Positions 1 to 10,894 of a stretch of DNA of 64,000 nt are shown here, in pieces. The translations under genes were made by a program, and so were the position numbers. Every line of letters starts with the position of its first letter. Position 1 is the stretch's first letter. The DNA is from Ginglymostoma cirratum (lineage: Eukaryota), in contig JAHRHZ010000002.1 of NCBI GenBank assembly GCA_024137785.1, positions 4,297,329-4,361,328 of the forward strand. The letters are read 5' to 3'. Under the pieces are notes generated by a model that saw only the letters and a list, made by a program, of their open reading frames with translations, was not told where the DNA came from and did no database searches.

Positions 1-915
1 CCCTCTGACAGTGCGGCTCTCCCTCAGTACTGACCCTCTGACTGTGCTGCACTCCCTCAGTACTGACCCTCTGACAGTGCTGCACTCCCTCAGTACTGAC
101 CCTCTGACAGTGCGGCTCTCCCTCAGTACTGACCCTCTGACAGTGTGACACTCCCTCAGTACTGACCCTCCGACAGTGCGGCACTCCCTCAGTACTGACC
201 CTCTGACAGTGCAGCGCTCCCTCAGTACTGACCCTGTGACAGTGCGGCACTCCCTCAGTACTGACCCTCTGACAGTGCGGCACTCCCTCAGTACTGACCC
301 TCTGACAGTGCGGCGCTCCCTCAGTACTGACCCTGTGACAGTGCGGCACTCCCTCAGTACTGACCCTCCGACAGTGCGGCTCTCCCTCAGTANNNNNNNN
401 NNNNNNNNNNNNNNNNNNNNNNNNNNNNNNNNNNNNNNNNNNNNNNNNNNNNNNNNNNNNNNNNNNNNNNNNNNNNNNNNNNNNNNNNNNNNGACACTCC
501 CTCAGTACTGACCCTCTGACAGTGCGACACTCCCTCAGTACTGACCCTCCGACAGTGCGGCACTCCCTCAGTACTGACCCTCTGACAGTGCGACACTCCC
601 TCAGTACTGACCCTATGGCAGTGCTGCACTCCCTCAGTACTGACCCTTTGTTAGTGTGGCACTCCCTCAGTACTGACTCTCTGACAGTGCAGCGCTCCCT
701 CAGCACTGACCCTCAGACAGTGCGGCACTCCCTCAGCACTGACCCTCCGACAGTGCGGCACTCCATCAGTATGACCTTCTGACAGTGCGGCACTCCCTCA
801 GCACTGACCCTCCGACAGTGTGGCACTCCCTCAGTTTGACCTTCTGACAGTGCGGCACTCTCTCAGCAGCGACCTCCGACAGTGTGGCACTCCCTCAGCA
901 CTGACCCTCTGAGAG
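1..915. repeat. 33-bp tandem minisatellite (unit GTACTGACCCTCTGACAGTGCGGCACTCCCTCA), interrupted by an N-gap at 393-492
   Basis: Head-to-tail 33-bp units with point variants and no unique spacers; the ORFs here are translated repeats (VRHSLSTDPLT)n; the array degenerates toward 915. Confidence 0.97.
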
Positions 916-1005
916 TTCAGCACTGCCTCATTGCTACTTTGCTGTGTCAGCCTGGTTTATGTGCTCAAGCTTCTGGAATTGTGTTTGAATCTGGCACCTT
1001 CTAAT
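900..1005 (-). mobile_element. Decayed head of a tRNA-derived SINE (SacSINE1/DeuSINE-like) contiguous with the minisatellite
   Basis: Minus strand reads agaaggtgccagattcaaacacaattccagaagcttgagcacataaaccaggctgacac..., with a B-box-like (g)attcaaa and the ttgagcacataa..aggctgacac motif I recall from shark DeuSINEs, running directly into the repeat unit. Confidence 0.55.
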
Positions 1006-1349
1006 TTAATTTGAATCACCCTGAAAATGAGCAAATTTGACATTCTCTTATGTGGTTAGTTTTTTTAATTCTCATGTGAAGTGCCGTCATAAGATCATAA
1101 AGATTTGTTGCAGGATGAGGCTGTTGAACTTGTTTTGCAGTCCAACAAGATCATGGCTGATCTGATTTTGTCACTAACTTCACTTTCCTGCTGGCACCAC
1201 TCCATTGCAGGACCTTAACCCTTGAACTCCTTGTTGATCAAGAACCTGCCTGACTCAGCCTTGAATATATTCAGTGATTCACTGTTTTCTGTGGAAGGGA
1301 ATTTGAAAGGTGAGTGACCCTGGGATTGTTTGTTAAATTAGGTGTAATA

Positions 1350-2320
1350 TATAATTTGTTGCTGTTATTTTGAAAGTGTGGGTATCGCCGGTGATCTGGG
1401 TACCTGGGGCAGAAGTCCTGAGTCCAATTTAGAAGACTTGCCTCCTGTACCAAACTGTGTTAGAAACACAGCAGAATCCATCTTGTCTCTTGTGGTGTCT
1501 TGGTCTCTTTACGTTAATAAGGGATTTGTTGTAGAACTCATCCTGGAAATTGGTCTGTGCCGAGTAAGTAAGGTATGATGCCTACTCTGTTCAGGATCCA
1601 CCCAGACAATAGCTCTGTATGAGATCACTTCCAGCCAAATCAATGCAGTGACTTTATCTGTTGGAGTGCTTTAATGTTGAGCATGGGTTCTTCACCTAGT
1701 TTCTCAGCTCTACGGACAATCTGCAAGCTAAAACTCACCATTTCACCTGTCACAACAATTCTCAGTTCCTTAGTATCCGATAAGTTTGTTTGTACACTAA
1801 CACTCAGAAAAACAGTGAACACTGTGCAGTGGACTTTAACAGAGTGCTGTGTGGCATCCTTGTTATTCAATGGCTGCACCAGTTATCTGCCACAAACAGA
1901 ATCCTGTTATAAATTTACAAATGCTTGTACATTACCTTGACCACAGAACAAGAATCTATCTGTTCCTGAGGAAACCCTGGCCATAACAGGCACAAGCTGA
2001 AGGTTGATGTACTCCACACTGGAATTCTGATCTCCTGCACAGCTGTCAGTGCCACAAGAAAATGATCAACAATGTACTTGTCATCAACACCAGCATCCTG
2101 GCTGCCTGTGTCACATCACATACACTGTGAATACAATGTTTTCAGCGATAACAGCAAAAAATCTGCTGATCCACATTGACTTTACCAACCCGACTTCCAT
2201 CAATCACAAATCAAAACAGCGACTAGAACCATTACTAAAGTTCTTGAGCTATTTCCCTTCAACCCCAATCACCAATTATTCCATGTTAGGAAGACCTTTA
2301 ACATCCTTGAAGACCCCACA
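1350..2320 (-). pseudogene. PKD1L1-like relic, GAIN/GPS region
   Basis: Window peptide vs recalled PKD1L1: IHSVCDV/ISSVCRL (2112-2132); DDKYIVDHFLVALTAVQEI/IDKGVRLELIGLISRVWEV (2029-2085); SVKVH/SVQVH (1829-1843); VTGEMVSFSL..RR..KLGEEPM/IGGVVGLNL..RR..WLRKPV; DKV-LH*F/DKVNLHQF (~1638-1658, frameshift); NWTQDFCP resembling the GPS Trp motif (~1405-1430). Confidence 0.6.
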
Positions 2321-2321
2321 G

Positions 2322-2460
2322 TGGAGCGGCATGGTGGCTCAGTGGTTAGCAATACTGCCTGACAGCACCAGGGACCCAGGCTCGATCCCAACCTTGGGTG
2401 ACTGTCTGTATAGAGTTTGCACATTCTCCCTGTGTCTGCGTGGGTTTCCTCCGGGTACTG
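2322..2460 (+). mobile_element. HE1-like V-SINE (tRNA-derived), 3'-truncated
   Basis: A-box ggtggctcagtggttagc, B-box-like ggctcgatccc, then V-domain gagtttgcacattctccctgtgtctgcgtgggtttcctccggg. Confidence 0.85.
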
Positions 2461-2936
2461 ACTCTCTGAAAACACTAGAAATCATTGCCCTGATATTTGA
2501 TGGTCTTAGCTGCTACCATACTAAAGAATAAAAGGGCTGAGGCCCTTACCCAATCCTTCACACTCCCCTTCCCCATCCATCTACAACTCAGTTACCTTCC
2601 CAGGTTGCACCATGTTCTCCTGTTATACCCCTGCACTGACTTCACCACCTCCTCTTCCCACTCAGGGTCCTGCTGCTGGGATGCACTTTTTTTTTCATCA
2701 TTTGAACTTCACCTCCCTGAGGAAACAGTGTGGTGACAATCAACGGATGTCTCACCTCTTATTACTTTGAGATCCGAGAAGCAAATGTAGCCTATATCTC
2801 TGGTTGACCTGATACACTTTGTACGCTGAGGTGTTATGGCTCTAAATCAAACAGCAACTTAACAAGGAGGATCGAGAATTAAAAATAGAAAAACTTGAGA
2901 TTGAAAGAATGCAAAAGGAACAAACCAGTAAAACTG
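2460..2936 (-). pseudogene. PKD1L1-like relic, end of REJ region
   Basis: KVYQVNQRYRLHLLLGS/TLYHGRDTQYYFVLPAG; LIVTTLFPQGGEVQ/VMVSTEITDGKGSKVQ; KYQGNDF/RYHGNDC (~2478-2498). Confidence 0.55.
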
Positions 2937-3040
2937 TTTCAGAGATAGTAGGAACTGCAGATGCTGGAGAATCTGAGATAACAAGGTGTAGAGCTGGATG
3001 AACACAGCAGGCCAAGCAGCATCAGAGGAGCAGGAAAGCT

Positions 3041-3068
3041 GACGTTTCGGGCCAAGACCCTTCTTCAG
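3041..3068 (-). ncRNA. Minimal type I hammerhead ribozyme motif in PLE terminus
   Basis: CUGAAGA-agggucuuggccc(stem II)-GAAA-C-GUC with an intact catalytic core. Confidence 0.7.
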
Positions 3069-4057
3069 AAATGAGGGAGGGGAAGGGGATTCAGAAATAA
3101 ATAGGGAGAGAGGGTGAGGTGGATAGAAGATGGATAAAGGAGAAGATAGGTGGAGAGGAGACAGACCGGTCAAAGAGGCGGGGATGGAGCCAGTAAAGGT
3201 GAGTGTAGGTGGGGGGGTAGGGAGGAGATAGGTCAGTCCAGGGGGGAAGGACAGGTCAAGGGGGTGGGACGAGCCTAGTAGGTAGGAGATTGGGGTGGGG
3301 CTTGAGTTGGGAGGAATGGATAGATGGGAGGAAGGACAAGTTAGGGAGGCGGGGACAAGCTGAGCTGGTTTTGGGATGCGGTTGGGGGAGGGGAGATTTT
3401 GAAGCTTGTGAGATCCACATTGATACCATTGGGCTGCAGGGTTCCCAAGCGAAATATGAGATACCGTTCCTGCAACCTTCAGGTGGCATCATTGTAGCAC
3501 TGCAGGAGGCCCAGGATGGACATGTCGTCCAAGGAGTGGGAGGGGGCGTTGAAATGGTTCACGACTGGGAGGTATAGTTGTTTGGTGCGAAGCCAGTGTA
3601 GGTGTTCCACAAAGCGATCCCCAAGCCTCCACTTGGTTTCCCGATGTAAAGGAAGCCACATCTGGAACAGCAGATACAATATACCACATTAGCAGATGTG
3701 CAGGTGAACATCTGCTTGATGTGGAAGGTCTTCTTGGGGCCTGGGATGAGGGTGAGGGGGGAGGTGTGGGGGCAGGTGTAGCACTTCCTGCGGTTGCAGG
3801 GAAAAGTACCGGGTGTGGTGGGGCTGGAGGGGAGTGTGGAGTGGACAAGGGAGTCACGGAGAGAGTGGTCCCTCCGGAAAGCAGATAAGGGTGGGGAGGG
3901 AAAAATGTCTTTGGTGGTGGGGTCGGTTTGCAGGTGGCTGAAGTGTTGGAGGATCATGCATTGGATCTGGAGGTTGGTGGGGTGGTACGTGAGGACAAGG
4001 GGGATTCTGTTTTGGTTGTTATTGCGGGGAGGGGGTGTAAGGGATGAGTTGCAGGAA

Positions 4058-4872
4058 ATAAGACCATAAGACATCGGAGTGGAAGTAAGGCAATTCGGCC
4101 CATCGGGTCCACTCCGCCATTTAATCATGGCTGATGGGCATTTCAACTCCACTTACCCGCACTCTCCCCGTAGCCCTTGATTCCTTGCAAGATCAAGAAT
4201 TTATCAATCTCTGCCTTGAAGACATTCAACGTCCCGGCCTCCACTGCGCTCTGTGGCAATGAATTCCACAGGCCCATCACTCTCTGGCTGAAGAAATGTC
4301 TCCTCATTTCCGTTCTAAATTGACCCCCTCTAATTCTAAGGCTGTGCCCATGGGTCCTAGTCTCCCCACCTAACGGAGACAACTTCCCAGCGTCCACCCT
4401 TTCTAAGCCATGCATTATCTTGTAAGTTTCTATTCGATCTCCCCTCAACCTTCTAAACTCTAATGAATACAATCCCAAGATCCTCAGCCGTTCATCGTAT
4501 GTTAGGCCTACCATTCCAGGGATCATCCGTGTGAATCTCCGCTGGACATGCTCCAGTGTCAGTATGTCCTTCCTGAGGTGTGGGTCCCAAAATTGGACAC
4601 AGTATTCTAAATGGGGCCTAACTAGAGCTTTATAAAGTCTCAGAAGCACATCACTGCTTTTATATTCCAACCCTCTTGAGATAAATGACAACATTCCATT
4701 CGCTTTCTTAATCACAGACTCAACCTGCAAGTTAACCTTTAGAGAATCCTGGACTAGCACTCCCAGATCCCTTTGTACTTCGGCTTTATGAATTTTCTCA
4801 CCGTTCAGAAAATAGTCCATGCCTGTATTCTTTTTTTCCAAAGTGCAAGACCTCGCATTTGCTCACGTTGAA
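4058..4872 (-). mobile_element. Young 5'-truncated CR1 LINE inserted in the Penelope element
   Basis: Open 232-aa ORF (RDLGV, LYKALVRPHLEYCVQFW.P, RRLRGD, FFSQRV..LWNSLP); short-repeat tail; nearly identical to 36244-37060; PLE sequence resumes on both sides. Confidence 0.95.
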
Positions 4873-6146
4873 TGCGGGAGACACGGTCGAGGGTGTTCTC
4901 GACCACTGCGAGGGGGATGTTGCGGTCCTTGAAAAACGAGGACATCTGAGATGTACGGGAGTGGAATGCCTCATCCTGGGAGCAGATGCGGCGGAGGTGA
5001 AGGAATTGGGAATAGGGGATGGCATTTTTGCAGGAAGGTGGGTGGGAGGAGGTGTATTCCAGGTAGCTGTGGGAGTCGGTAGGCTTGAAATGGATATCGG
5101 TTTCTAGGTGGCTGCCAGAGATGGAGACAGAGAGGTCCAGGAAGGAGAGAGAGGTATCAGAGATGGTCCAGGTGAACTTCAGGTTGGGGTGGAAGGTGTT
5201 GGTGAAGTGGATGAACTGTTCGAGCTCCTCGTGGGAGCACGAGTCGGCGCCGATACAGTCATCAATGTAACGGAGGAAGGGCCAGTGTAGCTATGGAAGA
5301 GGGATTGTTCCACGTAACCTACAAAGAGGCAGGCGTAGCTTGGGCCTATGCGGGTACCCATGGCCACCCACTTTGTCTGTAGGATGTGGGAGGAATTGAA
5401 AGAGAAGTTGTTGAGGGTGAGGACGAGTTCAGCTAAGCGGATGAGGGTGTCAGTGGAGGGGAACAGGTCGGGCCTGCGGGACAGGAAGAAGCAGAGGGCC
5501 TTTAGGCTATCTGTATGGGGAATGCAGGTGTATAGGGACTGGACATCCATGATAAAGATGAGGTGTTGGGAACCAGGGAATTGGAGGTTTTGGAGTAGGT
5601 GAAGGGCGTGGGTGGTGTCACAGATGTAGGTGGAGAGTTTCTGGACCAAGGGTGAGAAAATGGAGTCAAGATAGGTGGAGATAAGTTCAGTGGGGCAGGA
5701 GCAGGTGGAGACAATGGGTCGACCAGGGCATTCAGGTTTGTGGATTTTGGGATGGAGATAGGAGAAGGCGGTGCGGGGTTGGGGAACGATGAGGTTGGAG
5801 GCTGTGGGTGGGAGATCACCTGAAGTGATGAGGTTGTGGATGGTTTGGAAGATGATGTTTTGGTGGTCGGGGGCAGGGCCATCATCAAGGGGGCGGTAGG
5901 AGGAGGTGTCGGAGAGCTGGCATCTGGCCTTGGCAATGTAGAGGTCAGTGCGCCATACTACAACTGCGCCTCCCTTGTCCGTGGGTTTTCTGGTGAGGTT
6001 GGGATTGGAGCGGAGGGAGCGGAGGGTTGCACGTTCTGTGGGGGAGAGGTTGGAGTGGGTGAGAGGAGTGGAGAGGTTGAGGCAATTGATGTCTCGCCAG
6101 CAGTTGGAGATGAAGAGGTTGAGGGAGGGTAGGAGGCCTTCGGTTG

Positions 6147-6272
6147 GTATCCATTTACTGGACAGCACAGTGCAGGCTATCCTTGTGGAAACAAACAAAA
6201 TTGCAAAAACTGTCCCCATTTCTACCTGGATTGGATTGTCCCCTTTCATAAGGATAGAGAGAGCCCTAAACT
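6147..6272 (-). pseudogene. PKD1L1-like relic trapped between two PLE segments (REJ C.V.P..G region)
   Basis: SILMKGDNPIQVEM..AILFVSTRIACTVLSSKWI vs recalled YSLSSGETYVLQVSV..AQLYLTV..MACQVQPHHGL; non-repeat sequence in the expected order. Confidence 0.45.
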
Positions 6273-6752
6273 AATATTTCACTTGGGAACCCTGCAGCCC
6301 AATGGTATCAATGTGGACTTCATAAACTTCAAAATCTCCCCTCCCACAACCGCATCCCAAAACCAGCCCAGCTTGTCCCCGCCTCCCTAACCTGTCCTCC
6401 CACCTATCCCCGCATCCCACGTCAAGCCCCACTCCCATCTCCTACCTACTAACCTCATCCCGCCCCCTTGACCTGTCAGTCCTCCCTGGACTGACCTATC
6501 TCTTCCCTACCTCCCCACCTACACTCCCCTTTACTGGCTCCATGCCTGCCTCTTTGACCTGTCTGTCTCCTCTCCACCCATCTTCTCCTTTATCCATCTT
6601 CTATCCGCCTCCCCCTCTCTCCCTATTTATTTCAGAACCACATCCCATCCCCCATTTCTGAAGAAGGGTCTAGGCCCAAAACACCAGCTTCCTGCTCCTC
6701 TGATGCTGCCTGGCCTGCTGTGTTCATCCAGCTCCACACCTTGTTATCTCTT
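6273..6752 (+). mobile_element. Penelope-like terminal segment, inverted relative to 2941-3450
   Basis: Reverse complement of the PLE 3' end, with a degenerate hammerhead at 6658-6685 (CCCAAAAC instead of CCCGAAAC). Confidence 0.9.
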
Positions 6753-7569
6753 AAACCAGGAAAACTGACATCTGAGACATACTGCTCTGCTTCATCTTGT
6801 CTTCATCAAATTAGAGCTCTCGTAAAATCAGTCCATTCTTTTCCAAGTATTACTGATTGCAACTATTTCTTTTTCCATCTGGGAAATTAAAAAAAAAGCC
6901 GTAAATTCAGTGATTGGGTGGTGTAACAGCAATAAGGGACATCATAAGACACATTGGATGTATTTGGTGTTCAACTTTCAATAAGGAGAACAGGGCTTAT
7001 CAGAAACAAAAACAGAACTTGCTGGAAAAGCTCAGCAGGTCTGACGGCATCTGTGGAGAGAAATCAGGTCCAGTGACCCTTCCGGAGAACTCCTTATCAG
7101 CCTGGGCATCAATTCCAATTTTCCCCAGCAACTGATGGCAAACTGACAGTTCATTGGTCAGTCCCAGTTAAATATTGGGAACCCTGCAGCCCAATGGTAT
7201 CAATGTGGACTTCACAAGCTTCAAAGTCTCCCCTCCGCCTATGTGGGGAAGGAAACTGCCATCCTTAATTTGTCTGGCCTATATGTGACTCTAGACCTTC
7301 AGCAATGTGGTTGACCCTAAACTGCCCTCGAGGTAATTAGGAAGGCATAATAAATGCGGGCCAGACCGGGGATGCCCACATCTCATGAATGAAAAAGAGA
7401 AAGAAACTTGATTTCTTGGAAATCCCTGCACCCAGTGACAGGAAGAAGCAGAATCATTGTATATTTTTGAAGAACAGAAAAATAGATTCCTAAGTTCGTA
7501 TGAGAAAAGATTTAAGAGTTTTCAGTGAAATAATCATCAGCTGATCTCACATCACATAAAAGAGCGTTA

Positions 7570-9040
7570 GCAAAAGCAGCAGACAATGTATACATTGGTC
7601 TACGGACAGTTTCAAAAATGCATGAGACCGGATAGAGCTCACTCTTCTCAAGACCAGATTGGTCAAAGTGATCAACATCTCCTGGAGATTTCTGGTCCCT
7701 CTCTGCCTACTGTTTCCTCTCTATTTGGGCTGAGATTAGGAATTAGCCTCAACCTCACACTTTCCATGCAGGGATGGGAACTGTAGTCTGAAGGAGCATC
7801 CTCCAGTGCTCCTGGATAAAATGACTTTGAATTCATGCAGCCATTTCTACCCTGCTGTGCTGCTTGTTCGAGGTATAGCCCTATTTTCCTTTACAGCGAG
7901 GCTGCCCCTAAGGGGGAATTGCTTCACATTGTTGATAGGGTTGTAAAGAAGGCGTATGGTGTGTCGGCTTTCACTGGCAGGGGAATTGAGTTTAAGAGCT
8001 GTGAGGTTATGCTGCAGCTCTATAAAACCCTGGTTAGACCACACTTGGAATATTGTGTTCAGTTCTGGTCACCTCATTATAGGAAAGATGTGGAAGCTTT
8101 AGAGAGGGTGCAGAGGAGATTTACCAGGATGCTGCCCGGACAGGAGGACAGATCTTATGAGGAAAGGTTGAGGGAGCTAGGGCTTTTTTCATTGGAGCGA
8201 AGAAGGATGAGAGGTGACTTGATAGAGGATAACAAGATGATGAGAAGCATAGATAGAGTGGATAGTCAGAGACATTTTCCCAGAGTGGAAATGACTATTA
8301 TGAGGGGGCATAATTTTAAGGTGATTGGAGGAAGGTATAGGGGAGATATCAGAGGTAGATTCTTTACACAGAGAGTGGTGGGCATGTGGAATGCGCTGCC
8401 GGCAGTGGTAGTGGAGTCAGGTACTTTAGAGACTTTTAAGCGACTCTTGGAGAGGCACATGGAGGATAGTAAAATGTAGGGTATACAGAGTAGATTGATC
8501 TCAGTCAGATAATAGGTCGGCACAACATTGTGGGCCGAACGGCCTGTACTGTGCTGTACTGTTCTATGTTCTATGAATCAGTAATACACTTTACAGGAAT
8601 TCATGTGACTTCGTAAACATTGTTGTAAAAATATGATTTCATTGAGACCATGTCCCTCAGCAACAGATGACAATCTGGTGCTCTGCTGATCCTATTGGTT
8701 AATGAAGCAAAATTATTTCTGAGCTTGTCTATAATGGGGATGGTCAGGTGCACAACAGAAGCCGTGTTCTTACTGCATGTTCCCCTTGTCTGCTCACAAC
8801 ACAAGGATTATGGACTCTCCACCAACTCTGATATGCCCAACACACAAATTCTTATTTGGAAATATTCTTTGAACAGTTTTGATTCAAACAAATACACTGA
8901 AATAACTTCCCATTTCACACCATTGATCTCAGTTGCTGGTGTAAAGACACAAAATGTTGTCAGATGAAGAGATGACCATGTTGCTCTGAGCCAGAATTAC
9001 TTCTTCTTGTAAAGAAGTCTTGACAGACTGATATATGACA
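7570..9040 (-). pseudogene. PKD1L1-like relic, central REJ and low-complexity insert, split by CR1 at 7926-8575
   Basis: TEINGVKWEVISVYLFESK..IRICVLGISEL vs SEIPNLSYSWDLFLVNAT..VPFCRVVGLLG in a near-open frame 8921-8601; NSKSFYPGALEDAP/DFEAYYSDIQEAIP and KSPGDVDH/ESPGDGDN at 7840-7670. WTDFTRALI/MIDWPKALL follows outside this span at ~6810-6835. Confidence 0.45.
7926..8575 (+). mobile_element. 5'-truncated CR1 LINE
   Basis: ORF 7835-8479 with LYKTLVRPHLEYCVQFWSP, RRMRGDLIE, FFTQRVV..WNALP; 3' gggccgaacggcctgt hairpin and (ttctatg)n tail. Confidence 0.95.
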
Positions 9041-9084
9041 AGTTGCAGCATGTTACACAGTGTACAGTCAACAAGAGAGAAGCT

Positions 9085-10590
9085 AAACATTACCTGTTGA
9101 CATTCAATGGCACCCCTGCAAGTTCCTGCATTGTCAACACCCTGTGGGTTACCATTGACCAAGAACTAAACTAGACCAGCCATATCAAAACAGTGGCTAC
9201 AAGAGCAGGTTAGAGTGTAGGAACTCTGATGTGAATAACTCAAATCCTGACTCCCTAAAGCTTGTCCATCACTACATGGCACAATTCAGGAGTGTGTTGG
9301 AATACTCCCCAGTTGGCTGGTCGAGTACAGCTCCAGTAACACTCTGTTCTACACCATGTGGGGCAAAGCAACCCACATGTTTGTCACCATATCCACCATC
9401 TTCAACATTCTGTCCCTTAATCACAGATGTTCAGTGGCAACAGTGTGTACCATTTGGTAACTCACCAGGACAAGGGAAACAGACACATGGGAACACCACC
9501 ACTTGCAAGTTCCCCTCCAAGCCACTCACCATTCTAACTTGGAGACATATTGACATTCCTTTAGTGTTGGTGGGTCAAAGTACTACATCACTCTCACAGA
9601 AATGTGGGTAGATTGTGGTTCAAGAAGGCAGTTCACCACCAGCTTTTCCAGAGCAGTGAGCGATGGGTAGTAAATGTTGGCCTAGCCAGAGATGCCAACA
9701 TCCTATGATTGAATAATTTTAAAAACTGCCAATGAGGCTGTAGCATTCACAGCAATCTTCAACGGGACGTCCTGTGTGGATGATCCATGTCGGCCTCCAC
9801 GAGCAGCCCCCAGCATCACGGACACCAGTCTTCAGCCAATTTGATTCACTCTACGTGACATCGAGAAATGGCTGAAAGCCCTGATTACTGTAAAGGCTAT
9901 GGCCCTGACACCATTCAGGCAATAGTACTGAAGACCTCTTCTTCACAGCTTACCGTTTCCCCTAGTCAAGCTGTTCCAATCAGTTACAACACTGGCATCT
10001 CCCCAGCAATATAGAAAATTGCCCAGATGTGTCCTGTACTTAAAAAGTAGGACAAATCCAACCTGGCAATTACTGCCCCATCAGTCTACTCTGGAACATC
10101 AGTAAAGTGATGGAAGGTGACAGTAACAGTGTTATCAAGCAGCACCTGCTCAGCAATAACCTGCTCAGTGACGCCCGGTTTGGATTCTGCCGGGACCTAT
10201 TCCTGACCTCATTACAGCCTTGGTTCAAACATGGACAAAAGAGCTGAATTCCAGAGGTGACTTGAGTGCAACAGCCGTTGACATCAAAGCCACATTTGAC
10301 CAAGTGTGGCATCAAAGATCTCAAGTAAAACTGGAATCAATGGGTATCAAGATGCAAACTCTCTACTGGTTGGAGTCATACCTGGCACATAAGAAGATGG
10401 TTGTGCTTATGGAGGTCAATCAGCTCTGCAGGAGTTCTGCAGGGTAGTGTTCTAGGCCCAACCATCTTCAGCTGCTTTATCAATGACCATCCCTGCATCA
10501 TGAGGTCAGAAGTGGGGATGTTCATTGATTATTGCACAATGTTCAGCACCATTCGCAAATCCTCACGTACTAAAGCAATCCATGTTCAAA
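9085..10590 (+). mobile_element. Old CR1-group LINE fragments (second family)
   Basis: DIKATFDQVWH, QGSVLGPTIFSCFIND and degenerate FADD; 3' tail aaatgttggcctagccagagatgcc at ~9670-9715. Confidence 0.8.
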
Positions 10591-10894
10591 TGTTGTTTGC
10601 CCCTGGGACTGGAGGAGAAGCTCAGTGTTGGATGCAGTTTTGGATTGTTGAGACCGGACAGCCAAGCTGTCAGAGGCTGTGTGGTTCTATTTATCATTAC
10701 TGACTCTCAGATTGACAATCACATGTTATGACATGTATACAACATAGTGCTGGGACATGGCTTCTGGCTCCATTTCACTTTCCTCTGTTATCACCCGCTG
10801 AGTTTAGGATAGGACAGCAACTTCATCAATCTATTAAATATTGCAGTCTGATTCCACTAACATTGAAGAGTGCATAACATTCAATCATATTATA

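Larger units (their letters stand above)
2941..6146 (-). mobile_element. Penelope-like retroelement (RT + GIY-YIG endonuclease), disrupted, with CR1 nested inside
   Basis: ORF 5179-6249 has PLE RT motifs (DKGGAVVVW, PKIHKP..PGRPIVS, MDVQSLYT, AMGTRIGPSYACLFVG); ORF 3559-4152 has FTCTSANVVYCICCSRCGFLYIG (GIY-YIG); terminal region at 2941-3400. Confidence 0.93.

Noticed and set aside
1-915. CRISPR-like array or repetitive protein ORFs
   Set aside because: Units are contiguous with no unique spacers, the context is eukaryotic, and the ORFs are just translations of a 33-bp repeat.
1746-1886. Ig-like exon ending TKELRIVVTG|gtgaaa
   Set aside because: No Ig Cys/Trp framework; the frame continues past the putative donor into GAIN-like sequence, so it is better explained by the PKD1L1-like relic.
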